From Bdellovibrionota bacterium (lineage in GTDB: Bacteria > Bdellovibrionota_C > UBA2361 > CAKMMH01): 56,392 nt of DNA. Every line of letters begins with the position of its first letter. Within the stretch, counting starts at the first letter, position 1. A program made the translations under genes and the position numbers. Positions 19,258 through 31,000 of the stretch are shown here, piece after piece. The stretch lies in assembly GCA_050952645.1 (NCBI GenBank), contig JBMNLI010000016.1, positions 1 to 56,392 on the forward strand, written 5' to 3'. Under the pieces are notes generated by a model. The model ran no database searches. It was not told the origin of the DNA and saw nothing but the letters and a program-made list of their open reading frames with translations.

Positions 19258-21216
19258 CTATTCATATCTTAAAGCTATTATAGGTTTTAACTTAGCTGCT
19301 TTTAGTGCTGGATATACGCCAAAGAACAATCCAATGCATAATGAAAAACCTAGAGCTAAAATTATAGATGATATTGAAACTACCGTAGTCCAACCTGCAA
19401 AATAAGAAAGCATTACGCTTGCCCCTACTCCTAGGACTACTCCTAATAGACCACCTATAATGCTTAGGACGAAAGACTCAGTTAAAAATTGTAGCAAAAT
19501 ATCTCTTTTTTTAGCACCTATGGCTTTTCTTATACCTATTTCTTTAGTCCGTTCCGTAACCGATACGAGCATTATATTCATAATCCCTATTCCACCTACT
19601 AGAAGAGAAATGCCTGCTATCGATGCTAAAAGCATAGACATTACGCTTCCCATCTCTGACATCATTTTTTGCATTTCTGCCATATTCATAATTCTAAAAG
19701 CATTGTCCCTTTGAGATAACGCTACATTATGTCTTGAAAACAAAAACTCTTTTATACTTTCTTCGGCAGATTTAGTATCTGCGTCTTTTACTAATTCTAC
19801 ATCTATCGAATCGATATAGGTCTTTCCGTACATTTTTTTCATAGCGGTAGTGTAAGGAACGATTATAACATCATCTTGATCTCTAGGACCAGCTACACCT
19901 TTTTCGGGAAGCACTCCTATTACTCTAAAATTTATTTTATCTATTTTAATATTTTTTCCTATCGGATTTTTATTTCCAAAAAGCTCTTTAATAACCGTTC
20001 GCCCAAGAAGAGCGACGGTAGCACGTCTTGCTTCTTCATTTTTAGTAAAGAAGCGTCCCATCGTAGGTCTTGACGACCTAATGCTTTCATATTCGGCAGA
20101 TGTTCCTACAACGAGCGTTCTTTTATTTTTATTTAAGTAAGCCACTTGGCTATTTCCTCTAACGGTAGGAGAAGCGTTATTAACCTCAGTTATACTATTT
20201 TTTATAGCCTCTACATCACTTACATTTAATCTAGTAGCTAGACCATCTTCCATGGCAACGCCCCCTATTCTAAAAGTTCCTGGCATTACCATTAAAAGAT
20301 TTGAGCCCATATTTTCTATTCGATTCTTAAGTTCTAATTTTGCGCCATTTCCTAAAGCTAGCATTGCTACAACGGCTCCTACTCCAATAAGGATTCCTAG
20401 CATCGATAAAAATGAACGCACTTTATTTGATACGATAGACTGCATTCCTTGTTTTAAGTGTTCTTTAATTTCGTAAAAAAATGTGGATCGTCTTTTAAGA
20501 GTATTATTTTTAAAAGTGTTTTCGTTTTCATTATTTATCTTAGAATCAAAATTTAATACGTCTGAAACTATTTTTCCATCTCTCATTCTAATAACACGCC
20601 TAGCTCTTTCTCCTATTTCCCCTTCGTGAGTTACTATGATAACGGTCATTCCTGCATCGTTTAATTCTTTTAAAAGGGATAAGATTTCTTTTTCACTAGC
20701 TGAGTCTAAATTTCCAGTAGGTTCATCTGCTAATATAATGCTTGGATTATTTATAAGGGCTCTAGCGATAGCGACACGTTGTTGTTGTCCTCCTGAAAGC
20801 TCGGTAGGTTTATGGTTTTGTCTTTCGCCGATACCTACTCTATCTAAAAGTAGAGAAGCGTTTTTTTTATTTTCTGAATGCCCTGAATATATTAGCGGAA
20901 GTTCGACATTTGCCTTAGCGTCTAGTCTAGAAAGCAAGTTAAATTGCTGGAATATAAATCCTATGGTATTTCTTCTAAGTTCTGCTAGAGTATCTTCGGA
21001 GATTTTGCTAATTTCATTTCCATCTAGAAAATACTCGCCGCTATCTGGCGTATCTAGAAGTCCTATCATATTCATAAGGGTAGATTTTCCCGAACCAGAG
21101 GCCCCCATAATAGCGACAAACTCTCCTTGTTTTATAGTTAGAGATACATCGCAAAGAGCGTGAACTTTATTAGTCCCTAATGTATAAGTTTTTCTTAAAT
21201 TTTTTAATTCAATCAT
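19258..21216 (-). CDS. macB: MacB-family ABC transporter ATPase/permease
   Basis: GASGSGKS, LSGGQQQR, ILADEPTGNLD fused to an FtsX-type permease (GGIGIMNIMLVSVTERTKEIGIR). Confidence 0.93.
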   Translation of the reverse strand: MIELKNLRKTYTLGTNKVHALCDVSLTIKQGEFVAIMGASGSGKSTLMNMIGLLDTPDSGEYFLDGNEISKISEDTLAELRRNTIGFIFQQFNLLSRLDAKANVELPLIYSGHSENKKNASLLLDRVGIGERQNHKPTELSGGQQQRVAIARALINNPSIILADEPTGNLDSASEKEILSLLKELNDAGMTVIIVTHEGEIGERARRVIRMRDGKIVSDVLNFDSKINNENENTFKNNTLKRRSTFFYEIKEHLKQGMQSIVSNKVRSFLSMLGILIGVGAVVAMLALGNGAKLELKNRIENMGSNLLMVMPGTFRIGGVAMEDGLATRLNVSDVEAIKNSITEVNNASPTVRGNSQVAYLNKNKRTLVVGTSAEYESIRSSRPTMGRFFTKNEEARRATVALLGRTVIKELFGNKNPIGKNIKIDKINFRVIGVLPEKGVAGPRDQDDVIIVPYTTAMKKMYGKTYIDSIDVELVKDADTKSAEESIKEFLFSRHNVALSQRDNAFRIMNMAEMQKMMSEMGSVMSMLLASIAGISLLVGGIGIMNIMLVSVTERTKEIGIRKAIGAKKRDILLQFLTESFVLSIIGGLLGVVLGVGASVMLSYFAGWTTVVSISSIILALGFSLCIGLFFGVYPALKAAKLKPIIALRYE

Positions 21217-21332
21217 TTAAAAGTTTCTTTATATTTTTTTTATATTTTATTTATACTTTCTTACTTTTTTTACTATATTTTTTTTATTATATTCTTTATA
21301 ATATTTTTTATTATATTTTATCTTTAAATTTT

Positions 21333-22295
21333 TTATCTTCTCCCCATAGGCATAAAGGGGCTTCTTTTTTTATTTTCGTTAGTAGAAATTATATTTTTTT
21401 CTATTAAGATTTTATCACCTTCGTTTAAGCCTGATTTAATTTCTACATTTTCATCATCAGAATCTCCTATAGCCACTTTCTTTTTAATTATTTCATTTTT
21501 TTCATTTTTTATTTCTACAAAAGACAGTCCGTCTTTATATTTTATTGCAGATTCTGGAACGGTTAAAAGGTTTGCTTTTTCTTTAATATAGAAAGTTACG
21601 TTTGCGGTCATACCGCTTCGCATAATATCGCTACTATCTTGCGGTTCGACATCGACTAAGTAAGTAGTGACGTTATTTACGGTAGTAGAGTCGAAAGCTA
21701 TGTGGACTACTTTTCCTTTTATTTTATCGTTTGAGTAGGAGTCTAATAGGATATTAGTTTCTTGTCCTATTTTAATATTTCCTAGGTCTGTTTCATCTAC
21801 TTGTGCTTTTACTACTAATCTATCTGACAAGATAAATACCGATTCTTGGTTAGCGAAAGTTTGCCCAGGTTCTACGGCTCTTAATATTACGGTTCCATCG
21901 ATAGGGGCATATATTGGAGTTGGCTTATAATATTCTTGCCATTTTTTCAACTCGTTTTTACTTTTTGCTCTAGCAGCATCTAGCAGAGCGGCACGTTCGG
22001 AGGAGCTCATCCAAGCAAGGAGTTCACCTTTTTGAACATTATCACCTTCATTTACTAAAATTTCTTCTACTCTACCAGCGATAGGAGGCTTTATAGAAAG
22101 TCTATTTTGTGGTTGCACAGTGCCAGTAGTTAGCACTGTTATTTTTATAACGCCTTTTTTAACTATGTAGCTATCGTAATTACTAAAATTTTCTTTTTTA
22201 ACATATGAGCTAGTAGGCCATTTAAAGCCTAAGAAAGCGATAGTAAAAATAATTAAGATAGTTATAACTTTTTTATTGAAGATTTTTCTAATCAT
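21333..22295 (-). CDS. macA: MacA-like efflux periplasmic adaptor subunit
   Basis: N-terminal TM, GRVEEILVNEGD and IYAPIDGTV lipoyl halves, RSGMTANV. Confidence 0.8.
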   Translation of the reverse strand: MIRKIFNKKVITILIIFTIAFLGFKWPTSSYVKKENFSNYDSYIVKKGVIKITVLTTGTVQPQNRLSIKPPIAGRVEEILVNEGDNVQKGELLAWMSSSERAALLDAARAKSKNELKKWQEYYKPTPIYAPIDGTVILRAVEPGQTFANQESVFILSDRLVVKAQVDETDLGNIKIGQETNILLDSYSNDKIKGKVVHIAFDSTTVNNVTTYLVDVEPQDSSDIMRSGMTANVTFYIKEKANLLTVPESAIKYKDGLSFVEIKNEKNEIIKKKVAIGDSDDENVEIKSGLNEGDKILIEKNIISTNENKKRSPFMPMGRR

Positions 22296-23667
22296 TTAGT
22301 ACTCCTAAACCTAAAGCCTGTTCAAAGTTTGCTTCAGATACTATTAAATTATGTTTCCCTTTTAACTCGGATTTTTGGTATGATATAAGATCGTTTTCTA
22401 TGATATCCCAGTTTTCAAAAGTTAGCAGACCGATATTATATTTATTTCTTCCAATTTCTGCACGAACCTCTGAGGCTTCTCTCGACATTTTATCTACCAT
22501 AACTTTTTCTTTTGCAGACAAGTAGTTGCTAGTAGCGAGTTTTACGTTGCTTTTAATTTCTTGTTTTGAAAGTGTTTCTCTAGCTTTCATAGATGACAAA
22601 TTAGACTCTGCTTCTAGTATATTATTTTTATTTCTTCCAAAAGTTAAGAGTGGAGCGGTAGCGTTTATACCGATGCTATGGTCTATTTCTTTATTTATGC
22701 TACCGCCTCTTGTGCTAGATTTTACTGCCGCATCGATTTTAGGGTAATCTGAAGCGTTAGATATTTTTACGTTTGCTAAAGCTAAAGCTACGTTTGCTTT
22801 AGCTAGTAGGAGTTTAGGGTGTGTTTCTAAGTAAATTTTAGTATTTGAGATTTTTATTTTTGTATGAGGCACGGAGCCTTTTACATTTAAGTTATCTATG
22901 GAGTTTCTTCCTAAAATTTTAGCTAAATTATATTTTGAAGCTTCTAAGGTTCTTTTTGCTTGTTTAAGTTCAAACTCTGCTTCGTTTAATTGTGCTTTAG
23001 ATTTTAGGAATGAGCCTTTATTTTCGTTTCCTGCTTCGTATCTAAGTTTTACTACTTCAAAATTTTCTTTTCTTCTTTGGACTATTTTTTTAGAAAGTTG
23101 CAAGTAATTTTTATAGTATACGATTTCAGAGAAAGCTTGTTTAAGTTCTGCGCTTATTTTAGCTTCTGCGACTAAAATATTTGCGAGATTTTGTGCTTCA
23201 TTTGCGTAAGCTAAATTTAGGGTAGCTTCATCTTTAAAACCGTTAAAAAGGTTTTGTGATAAGGATATTCCCCAATTGTAGGAGTCTTCGTTATTTCCTT
23301 TACCTTTATCTACTTTATTTGAGGCAGCTCCTATGTTAGCGTCTAAGCTTGGATAGAAGTTTGCTTTCGAGGCTTTTATTTTATGTATAGCGGCTTTTTT
23401 TTCAAAATTAAGAGCGACTAGTTCGCTATTATTTTCTTTTAGTTCCTTTATGCAATCTTTAAAGGAGAGTTCATGGCTTTTAGCGCTAGCGTTAAGTGGA
23501 AAAATCAAAAAGCTAGCGATTAGTAGCAGCAAAACGTTTAACGATACGAGCGAGTTAAGATTATTTTTACTAAATTTTTTATGTTTTAGTATTTTAATTC
23601 TTAGTATTTTACTTCTTAGTATTTTAAGTTTTAAGTTATGTTTTATATTAAAATTTAAGTTATTCAT
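22288..23667 (-). CDS. TolC-family outer membrane efflux protein (true start possibly ~100 bp downstream of the called one)
   Basis: Signal peptide, ASKANFYPSLD, LSQNLFNGF, RYEAG repeats; in operon with macAB. Confidence 0.85.
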   Translation of the reverse strand: MNNLNFNIKHNLKLKILRSKILRIKILKHKKFSKNNLNSLVSLNVLLLLIASFLIFPLNASAKSHELSFKDCIKELKENNSELVALNFEKKAAIHKIKASKANFYPSLDANIGAASNKVDKGKGNNEDSYNWGISLSQNLFNGFKDEATLNLAYANEAQNLANILVAEAKISAELKQAFSEIVYYKNYLQLSKKIVQRRKENFEVVKLRYEAGNENKGSFLKSKAQLNEAEFELKQAKRTLEASKYNLAKILGRNSIDNLNVKGSVPHTKIKISNTKIYLETHPKLLLAKANVALALANVKISNASDYPKIDAAVKSSTRGGSINKEIDHSIGINATAPLLTFGRNKNNILEAESNLSSMKARETLSKQEIKSNVKLATSNYLSAKEKVMVDKMSREASEVRAEIGRNKYNIGLLTFENWDIIENDLISYQKSELKGKHNLIVSEANFEQALGLGVLND

Positions 23668-24254
23668 TATGTATTACGCTATTATTTATGCTTATAGTCC
23701 ATGTTTATAAATATATAAATATTGTATTAAAGATTTATGGGGCAGACAAACTAGCTTATAAACTAGCTTACAGACTAGCTTACAAAGTGGAAGATATTTT
23801 AGCAATGTAATAAAAAATTTACAATAAAAAATAGTAATAGTTGCAGTAATATTAGCAATAATAATAGAAATAGTAATAATAATAGCGATAATAATATTAA
23901 TAGTTTTTATTGTTCTAGCTTTTGACTTAAATGGAGTTCGACTAGAATGAAATTTGACTAGAATTGGCAAAAGAGATTTTTTAGTTCTTTATGTTTTAAG
24001 CTTTTAAAATTAGCATCAATTTTAATGTGTGTGTTGTGGGGGCTAATTTTTAAGAATTTAAAACCGTCTTTAAAGCGTTGAAGAACTAATAATTTTAAGA
24101 AAAGCTAAGGAACGCTTATATAAATTATTAGAATAGCGGAGTAAATACGCATTCTTTAAGAAACGACAAATAGCGAGTCTTTAAGCTTTAGTTTTGAGTT
24201 TTTAAAAAACATAGTGTATGTAAAACAAGGAAAAGTTTTAGTTTAAGTTTGTAT

Positions 24255-24848
24255 TTACCAAATGCTTCCTTGTTGTCTGAATGCGATTTTTATGGAGCCA
24301 GGACCGTTTGGGAGCCATACGTCTTGAAATTGGTAGTTAGTATTATCGAACAAGTATTTATTGATATTTTCTTCTAGGAATTTTTTTGTGATGGTATTAT
24401 TAAATTTTATTATTTCGGTATTATTTTTGTAGATGCCGAAGTATTTTTTATCGTTTGAGATTAGGAGGATATTTTTATTAGTTAAGTTAAGCATATTGTT
24501 TATAAAGCTTTTATCGTTTTCGTAGTTTAGGATGGCGTATATTTTTGGGTAAGCATCGATTTTAGTAAAATTATTTTCTTTATTAGTTTCATTATTTGTG
24601 AATGCGACTTTGTAGAAACCGTTTTTAGTTTTTCTTGCGTATAGTGTTAGGGGTATTTCGTGAATGTTTGGTAGGATGCAGAGGTCGTAATTCCTATTTA
24701 TTATTTTAGGGATAAATTCATCTATATTTCCGTTTATGGAGAAGAATGGCAAATTAAAATCTATTTTATTAGTGTTAATTTCTTTTAGGAGTTCTTCTTC
24801 TGTAATTTCTTTATTTTCAAATTTTTTATCTGTAATTTCATTATCCAC
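24255..24848 (-). CDS. Hypothetical protein, directly downstream of the type III array
   Basis: 197-aa ORF with GTG start preceded by an AAGGA RBS; no recognised motif. Confidence 0.6.
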   Translation of the reverse strand: MDNEITDKKFENKEITEEELLKEINTNKIDFNLPFFSINGNIDEFIPKIINRNYDLCILPNIHEIPLTLYARKTKNGFYKVAFTNNETNKENNFTKIDAYPKIYAILNYENDKSFINNMLNLTNKNILLISNDKKYFGIYKNNTEIIKFNNTITKKFLEENINKYLFDNTNYQFQDVWLPNGPGSIKIAFRQQGSIW

Positions 24849-25073
24849 AAGATCTGTTCCTTTTTAAACTTTTATTTAAATTTTAAAACTTTTATTTAAA
24901 AATGCATTCCTTCAAAACCAACTTCTGAAACAAACTTTATCTCTCTATATAAATTTTACTACACGTAGCAGCAAATTGTAAAATGGGAAATGGCGTGAGT
25001 AAAGTTATCTTCAAGTTTTTCTGGTAAATTTATATTGACATTAACAAACTGCAATCGGGACACCTCCCTTATT

Positions 25074-28000
25074 GTCTTAATCCCCTTACTAATTCGGGTC
25101 GTTTTTTCACGAGGATGTAAAACGTCAAAAAGTTTTTGATTGCATCGGTCTTAATCCCCTTACTAATTCGGGTCGTTTTTTCAATGTAAATGAAAAAACG
25201 ACAGCAAGAAATAAAGACGCTGTTTGTCTTAATCCCCTTACTAATTCGGGTCGTTTTTTCAGAGCGGGGATTAATACAAGAGGGTGGTTATGAATTAGTC
25301 TTAATCCCCTTACTAATTCGGGTCGTTTTTTCTTTAAGAAAGAAATTTGGTTTATTAAGACCGGTGCAGGAGTCCAAGTCTTAATCCCCTTACTAATTCG
25401 GGTCGTTTTTTCCCCAATCCTAGAAGCAATTAATAACAATAAAATAAAAGGTCTTAATCCCCTTACTAATTCGGGTCGTTTTTTCCCTGAAGATGTAGCA
25501 GGGAAGGATGTGATTGGCGTCCTTCCAGTCTTAATCCCCTTACTAATTCGGGTCGTTTTTTCCCGTGAACCAATACATTAAGTATGACCACGACGCAAGG
25601 GTCTTAATCCCCTTACTAATTCGGGTCGTTTTTTCTTCTAAATTTTATGATAGGGATTTAGAGACTGAAATCTCGTCTTAATCCCCTTACTAATTCGGGT
25701 CGTTTTTTCAGAAAAAAAATGAACATACAAAACATTAAAAAATTAAGTCTTAATCCCCTTACTAATTCGGGTCGTTTTTTCTCAGACAGGTGGATTTAAG
25801 TCTGATTTAATATTTTATAATCAAGTCTTAATCCCCTTACTAATTCGGGTCGTTTTTTCTTTCCTTTTTTTAAAAGTTTATTTGCTTCTTTAATCTGCTT
25901 CGTCTTAATCCCCTTACTAATTCGGGTCGTTTTTTCTGTAAGTAAGTATATTCCTTGTTATCCCTCATACAAATGTCTTAATCCCCTTACTAATTCGGGT
26001 CGTTTTTTCTAAAAAGGAGAAAAAAATGAAAGTACAAACAGTAAAAAAGTCTTAATCCCCTTACTAATTCGGGTCGTTTTTTCAAATAACACAGAGGCTT
26101 ATCCAAGTCTTCTAAGGGTTTGTCTTAATCCCCTTACTAATTCGGGTCGTTTTTTCAAGACAGGTGGATTTAACGTTTGGTAACTCTGAAGAGTCTTAAT
26201 CCCCTTACTAATTCGGGTCGTTTTTTCAAAATTACAAGATCGAGATTTTGAGACTAAAATCTCGTATGAGTCTTAATCCCCTTACTAATTCGGGTCGTTT
26301 TTTCTTGGCAATATATGCCAACAGCGTGACGGAAATTCCGTTGGGTCTTAATCCCCTTACTAATTCGGGTCGTTTTTTCAAAATAATATTCGCATCTTTA
26401 CTTTTAACTTGCTCTGCTTGGTCTTAATCCCCTTACTAATTCGGGTCGTTTTTTCATTGATCGATCCTGTCCGTTTTTATATCGACGAGTCTTAATCCCC
26501 TTACTAATTCGGGTCGTTTTTTCTATAGACAGAGAAGTCCCACAACTTAAGACTTGCGAAGTTAAAGGTCTTAATCCCCTTACTAATTCGGGTCGTTTTT
26601 TCAAGCAATAGAGTTGATTTCACCTGTCTGCTACTACATGTCTTAATCCCCTTACTAATTCGGGTCGTTTTTTCAAGAAACAGGCGAGAAAGTGCAATGT
26701 TTGTCGTTGCACTGGGTCTTAATCCCCTTACTAATTCGGGTCGTTTTTTCGAAGATGTAGCAGGAAAAGACATCATCGGCGTGTTGCCAAGTCTTAATCC
26801 CCTTACTAATTCGGGTCGTTTTTTCCCACCACGGGGATAATGGGGACTGCAGTCGAGTTGCTTTCAGTCTTAATCCCCTTACTAATTCGGGTCGTTTTTT
26901 CAGTTTCTTGTTTTTTCTGAAAATTTAAAAGACGAAGAAGCTAGTCTTAATCCCCTTACTAATTCGGGTCGTTTTTTCTAAAAAAGCTGTCATAAATAAA
27001 ATTGCGAAATGTCTTGGTCTTAATCCCCTTACTAATTCGGGTCGTTTTTTCTTTGAGAAAATTTTAGAAAAAGTGTCTATTTGGGCAGTCTTAATCCCCT
27101 TACTAATTCGGGTCGTTTTTTCAAGAAGGTAATAGGGTGCAATGCTTGTCGTTGCACTGGTTGGTCTTAATCCCCTTACTAATTCGGGTCGTTTTTTCTT
27201 TGTCCAAATTAAAAAATCGAGATTTTGAGACTGAGTCTTAATCCCCTTACTAATTCGGGTCGTTTTTTCCTGGGAAAATAACAGCAAGAAATCGAGTTGC
27301 TGTGATCAAGTCTTAATCCCCTTACTAATTCGGGTCGTTTTTTCAGTTAAAGATGATTAATTATTACAAGGAGATAGGTCTTAATCCCCTTACTAATTCG
27401 GGTCGTTTTTTCTCAGACAAGCGCGCCTTTTGATGTTGTTGAGTATGTCTTAATCCCCTTACTAATTCGGGTCGTTTTTTCTATATTGATGCAGGGACTA
27501 ATAACAATCGGGCTTATGATGTCTTAATCCCCTTACTAATTCGGGTCGTTTTTTCTTTGTGCGCCCATACATCAAGTATGACAACGACGCTCGTGTCTTA
27601 ATCCCCTTACTAATTCGGGTCGTTTTTTCTTAACTGCTACAGAAAACTATACAATGATCGCCAAGAATCGTCTTAATCCCCTTACTAATTCGGGTCGTTT
27701 TTTCTTTTTTGAAAAAATGACGATAATATAATTATAAGATAAAGTCTTAATCCCCTTACTAATTCGGGTCGTTTTTTCTTTGTAGCCAATATATTGAATT
27801 TGACAACGACGCTCGTCGGTCTTAATCCCCTTACTAATTCGGGTCGTTTTTTCTCGAGTTGCTGTTTTAAAAAAAATCGTTAAATGTCTTGATGTGTCTT
27901 AATCCCCTTACTAATTCGGGTCGTTTTTTCTTGGATTTAATTTGTAGAAGTTTCTAAGGAGAACATCAAGGTCTTAATCCCCTTACTAATTCGGGTCGTT

Positions 28001-31000
28001 TTTTCCGTTAAATGTCTTGATGTATTGGCACAAGATGAGTTTTGTAGGTCTTAATCCCCTTACTAATTCGGGTCGTTTTTTCTGGCGTCCTTCCAATGGC
28101 GTTAGCAAGTGCAGCTAACACCAGTCTTAATCCCCTTACTAATTCGGGTCGTTTTTTCGAAATCGAGGAGCGGTCTTAAATAAGATTGTCAAGAGTCTTA
28201 GTCTTAATCCCCTTACTAATTCGGGTCGTTTTTTCTCATAGGCGTATTACCAATCGCGTTGGCATCACTGTGCAATGTCTTAATCCCCTTACTAATTCGG
28301 GTCGTTTTTTCCAGGAGGCTCAAGTAATTGATGAAAGAACCAAGTCCGTCTTAATCCCCTTACTAATTCGGGTCGTTTTTTCCATCAAAGACGGTGAGTT
28401 TAAATTAATTACTCACGCAACGTCTTAATCCCCTTACTAATTCGGGTCGTTTTTTCCTATTTGTCTATGGCGAAAATGATTGAGATGTTTGGGTCTTAAT
28501 CCCCTTACTAATTCGGGTCGTTTTTTCTCCAAATTAGAAAACCGAGATTTAGAAGTTGAAATCTCGGTCTTAATCCCCTTACTAATTCGGGTCGTTTTTT
28601 CACGTGCTTATCTTTCAGGAATAATCCATAGCAAGTTGGGGTCTTAATCCCCTTACTAATTCGGGTCGTTTTTTCACCTGTACTGTATATCGCAAGGACA
28701 GAAAATACCCAAGCGAGTCTTAATCCCCTTACTAATTCGGGTCGTTTTTTCGAGATGTTTCTTGAGTTCTGCAAAAGCACGGGACTAAACCCGTCTTAAT
28801 CCCCTTACTAATTCGGGTCGTTTTTTCTTGCAAGGCGTTAAAGAAGAAATGGCAAGCTATTGGTCTTAATCCCCTTACTAATTCGGGTCGTTTTTTCAGG
28901 AGATGGAGTCCGGTTGACTCCAATACAGGAGTTATGGGGTCTTAATCCCCTTACTAATTCGGGTCGTTTTTTCTTAAATTAATTACTCACGCAACAATAG
29001 AAGATATTAAGGTCTTAATCCCCTTACTAATTCGGGTCGTTTTTTCACATCATCTTCATTGATGGCAAGCCGGCTTATAGGTCTTAATCCCCTTACTAAT
29101 TCGGGTCGTTTTTTCAATAAATTATTTGAAAAATGTAAATAAAAAAATGAATACAGGTCTTAATCCCCTTACTAATTCGGGTCGTTTTTTCTTTTTTATG
29201 GAGGTTTTATTATGAAAAAACTATTATTTTGTCTTAATCCCCTTACTAATTCGGGTCGTTTTTTCAGGCAAAAGATATCTGGGTATCCACAGCGGATACT
29301 ACTAGTCTTAATCCCCTTACTAATTCGGGTCGTTTTTTCATTATAGAAAATGTGTCTATTTGGGCAGAAAATATAATGTCCAGTCTTAATCCCCTTACTA
29401 ATTCGGGTCGTTTTTTCAATTGTTAGAGAAGCTGAAAATTGGTTGGCTGATGAAAACCAGGTCTTAATCCCCTTACTAATTCGGGTCGTTTTTTCTTTCT
29501 TGTATGGAAGACAGGTGGATTTAACGTTAGCTAAAGAGTCTTAATCCCCTTACTAATTCGGGTCGTTTTTTCTTACAAAGGAGATTAAAAATGAAAAAAG
29601 AATTGAGTCTTAATCCCCTTACTAATTCGGGTCGTTTTTTCATGGAAGGTTTGAGAGGGCGTTAAAAAACGCCCTAAAAGACACCTGTCTTAATCCCCTT
29701 ACTAATTCGGGTCGTTTTTTCTTTTGAAATCACCGCTTCACTTTCAGACTGCCAGAGTAAGTCTTAATCCCCTTACTAATTCGGGTCGTTTTTTCTGGCC
29801 AGGAAGTATTGACAGCGAAAAAATAAGAAAAGAGCAGGTCTTAATCCCCTTACTAATTCGGGTCGTTTTTTCCTTCGCGTTACGGGATTAAAATGGTATG
29901 ACCCGACATTGGTCTTAATCCCCTTACTAATTCGGGTCGTTTTTTCATAAGCGTGGGCGAATATAAACTAATAACTCACGCTACTGCAGGTCTTAATCCC
30001 CTTACTAATTCGGGTCGTTTTTTCCTGGATGCACAAAACCTATGTAAACAACATTGAAAATGTCTTAATCCCCTTACTAATTCGGGTCGTTTTTTCAGCA
30101 GTATGTTTACGATGTATCTTTATACCATGACCAACGTCTTAATCCCCTTACTAATTCGGGTCGTTTTTTCCGACTATTTCGAGAAAAACAACATTTCTGT
30201 TAATAGTCTTAATCCCCTTACTAATTCGGGTCGTTTTTTCAAAAGTAGCCCTTAAAGGAACCTCATATGAAGATAGGGTATGGGTCTTAATCCCCTTACT
30301 AATTCGGGTCGTTTTTTCTTGGCTCGGCTAAGAGATCGTTTAAGACGAATGCGACAAGGAGTAAGTCTTAATCCCCTTACTAATTCGGGTCGTTTTTTCA
30401 GGATTAAGATGAAAGAAAAAATAGTAGTAACAAGACATAGTCTTAATCCCCTTACTAATTCGGGTCGTTTTTTCTAATGGGGGAAGCAATAGAATTGCTC
30501 GACCCAATCTGTGTGTCTTAATCCCCTTACTAATTCGGGTCGTTTTTTCCTTCCTAAAAAAAATTTAAAATTATTAGTTAGCTATCTTTTTTAGTCTTAA
30601 TCCCCTTACTAATTCGGGTCGTTTTTTCCGTTGCACTGGTTGCAACACCTTTCATATGACGTGGAAAAGTCTTAATCCCCTTACTAATTCGGGTCGTTTT
30701 TTCTTTAATAAGTGTGAATAAAAAAATGACTGCAAGAAACAGAAAAGTCTTAATCCCCTTACTAATTCGGGTCGTTTTTTCATGAAAAAATTTTGAAGTA
30801 CGTGTCGATTTGGGCATCTTCCGGTCTTAATCCCCTTACTAATTCGGGTCGTTTTTTCCCTAACTCTGTGTGCGAAATTGCAATGCACAGGGCAGGAGGT
30901 CTTAATCCCCTTACTAATTCGGGTCGTTTTTTCGGGCTATTGCCCAATAAGTTTAAGGAAAAAGATTGTCTTAATCCCCTTACTAATTCGGGTCGTTTTT

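Noticed and set aside
1175..23710. Antisense ORFs overlapping housekeeping genes (e.g. 20636-21163, 16401-16724, 1175-1528)
   Set aside because: Shadows on the opposite strand of well-supported genes.
23692..23970. 92-aa hydrophobic ORF upstream of tolC
   Set aside because: Built from low-complexity ATT/ACT runs and a 12-bp tandem repeat; no convincing RBS or motif.
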